NCBI RefSeq assembly: GCF_006345805.1
Contig: NC_042997.1
Span: 168,454,001-168,518,000, forward strand
Source of the DNA: Octopus sinensis
Taxonomy: Eukaryota
Length of the DNA stretch: 64,000 bases
Direction: 5' to 3'
The stretch's first letter is position 1; each line of letters begins with the position of its first letter. The position numbers were made by a program, and so were the translations under genes. The notes under the pieces were generated by a model, which saw only the letters and a list, made by a program, of their open reading frames with translations, was not told the origin of the DNA and did not search any database. Of this stretch, positions 62,516 to 64,000 are shown in pieces.

Positions 62516-64000
62516 TATGAATTTTTATGCAAAATTAGTACAGCTACTTCCTTTATAAGTTGAAAGTTCTGCTAATGTTTGTATAATAAATTTGATAATT
62601 TGATGTGTTGCTTAAGGCTAAAGTCTGCAAATAGATCTAGAACATGAGATGACAAAATATGTTAACTGACAAAATATTACTGAAAATGAAAATATACATT
62701 AAAACAATTATAATCATGGAGATGACAATGGCAAAAAAAGAGTAGAATGAAAATCAGAGGAACAGTAATTTTAAATAAAAGGTTATTAAAGTTAGTATTG
62801 TTGTTGTGTTTTGGTTAAGGCTTTTCATTTGTTGTTTTTCTTTTGGCCTGTTTTTCTATGCTATGAGTGTGAGCTGATGCTCTAACCACTGAGCCATTGC
62901 CACAGATTAAAGCAATTCAAATCAGAATATTTTTAGCAAAATAAGTACTGCTAGTGAGGATATGTGACCTAGTAGTTAGAATGTTTGGCTTGTAATCATT
63001 CCCACTTCAGGTCATTTCATTTTATTCCACTCCAGTTTACTCAGCAGTCATGATAATCAGCTCCCTAACCCCACCTCTCTCTCCAGTTGTCACATCCTGG
63101 ATATTCCATTGGTTCATGGTTAAGGAGGCAGAGAGAGTGTCTATATCTACTTATGGTTATATAAGCACTTAAATCAACTAGCAAAAACACAAGACATGCT
63201 TCCAAACTACACAAGCTCACAAGAGATAGTTGGTTATACATTAAGTACCAGTAAATGACAGAACTGTGGAATGATTGACAAAATCATCATCATCATTTAA
63301 CATTTGTTTTCCATGCTGGCATAGGTTGGATGATTTGATCAGAGCCTGCAAGCTGGAGAGCTGCACCAGGTTCCAGTCTGATTTGGCATGGTTATATATA
63401 AGTATACTCAATGCTAAAAATGAAAACCATATAATTGAAATAAAGCATATTTAGCATGTATGTATCCCATTCCTTCCAGCAGTCTCTCATAAAGTTCTAG
63501 CATTCTGAGGCAGACCACACCATTTTCTTCTCATCTTTCTTGCTCTTTACTATCCTACAGGTATTATTTGATATTTGTTTATCCAACTAGAATCTTTTCA
63601 TATATGTCACATGTCCCTTACCTGTACAGTCTTCTCTCTTGCACATTGTTCATGTATGCTGTCATTACAGGTTCAGGATGGGTTGGTGTTAGGGGTTAGT
63701 TTCATACTAGGTAGTTTTGAAATTTGTATACAAAAACAAGCATTTGCACTTCACTTGATGAGAGCAATCCTTTGCTGCCAACAGAGGTGACAATTCTTTG
63801 AACTTTTCCCATCCTGTTTTTACTCTGGCTACTATGCTTCAACAATAATTACATCCACCACTGATTAGGTCACTTAGCTAACTGAAACTGTCAACAACAA
63901 AATAACTTATGCTATCTGCTCTGGCTCTCTGTAGTCTGAGTTCAAATCTAGCCAAAGTCATCTTTGCTTTTCAGCCTTTTGGGGTTTTATAATATATAAT

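Noticed and set aside
63561-63700. Strong plus-strand acceptor at 63560
   Set aside because: All frames stop quickly with no recognisable peptide and no upstream partner exons.

Overview
AT-rich, microsatellite- and transposon-dense eukaryotic DNA. The SINE families, the (TA)n/(TACA)n/(AAT)n load and the gene found point to a coleoid cephalopod, most likely Octopus (inference from recalled family signatures). The only host gene I can support is the 5' half of a minus-strand LBP/BPI-family gene: TATA box near 28875, coding exons at 28678-28804, 7560-7659, 4341-4463 and 1798-1955. One exon is missing from the assembly (probably in the N gap at 3017-3116) and the rest lies left of the window. 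Everything else is mobile DNA: an intact DD34D mariner, a decayed Passer/POGK-type pogo, Dong/R4 LINEs in (AAT)n, RTE, Tx1 and Penelope remnants, ORF1-only Tx1-like elements, Helitron/Helentron and MITE copies, at least four SINE families and a SINE-mediated 1651-bp tandem duplication. The most striking unexplained structure is at 31445-33960. It is a tandem ~1.24-kb non-coding unit whose core is a ~720-bp near-perfect palindrome with a type I hammerhead ribozyme in each arm, giving four motifs and ribozymes in both polarities. Several other hammerhead-like relics occur elsewhere in the window. All calls are by eye; no searches or folding programs were run.
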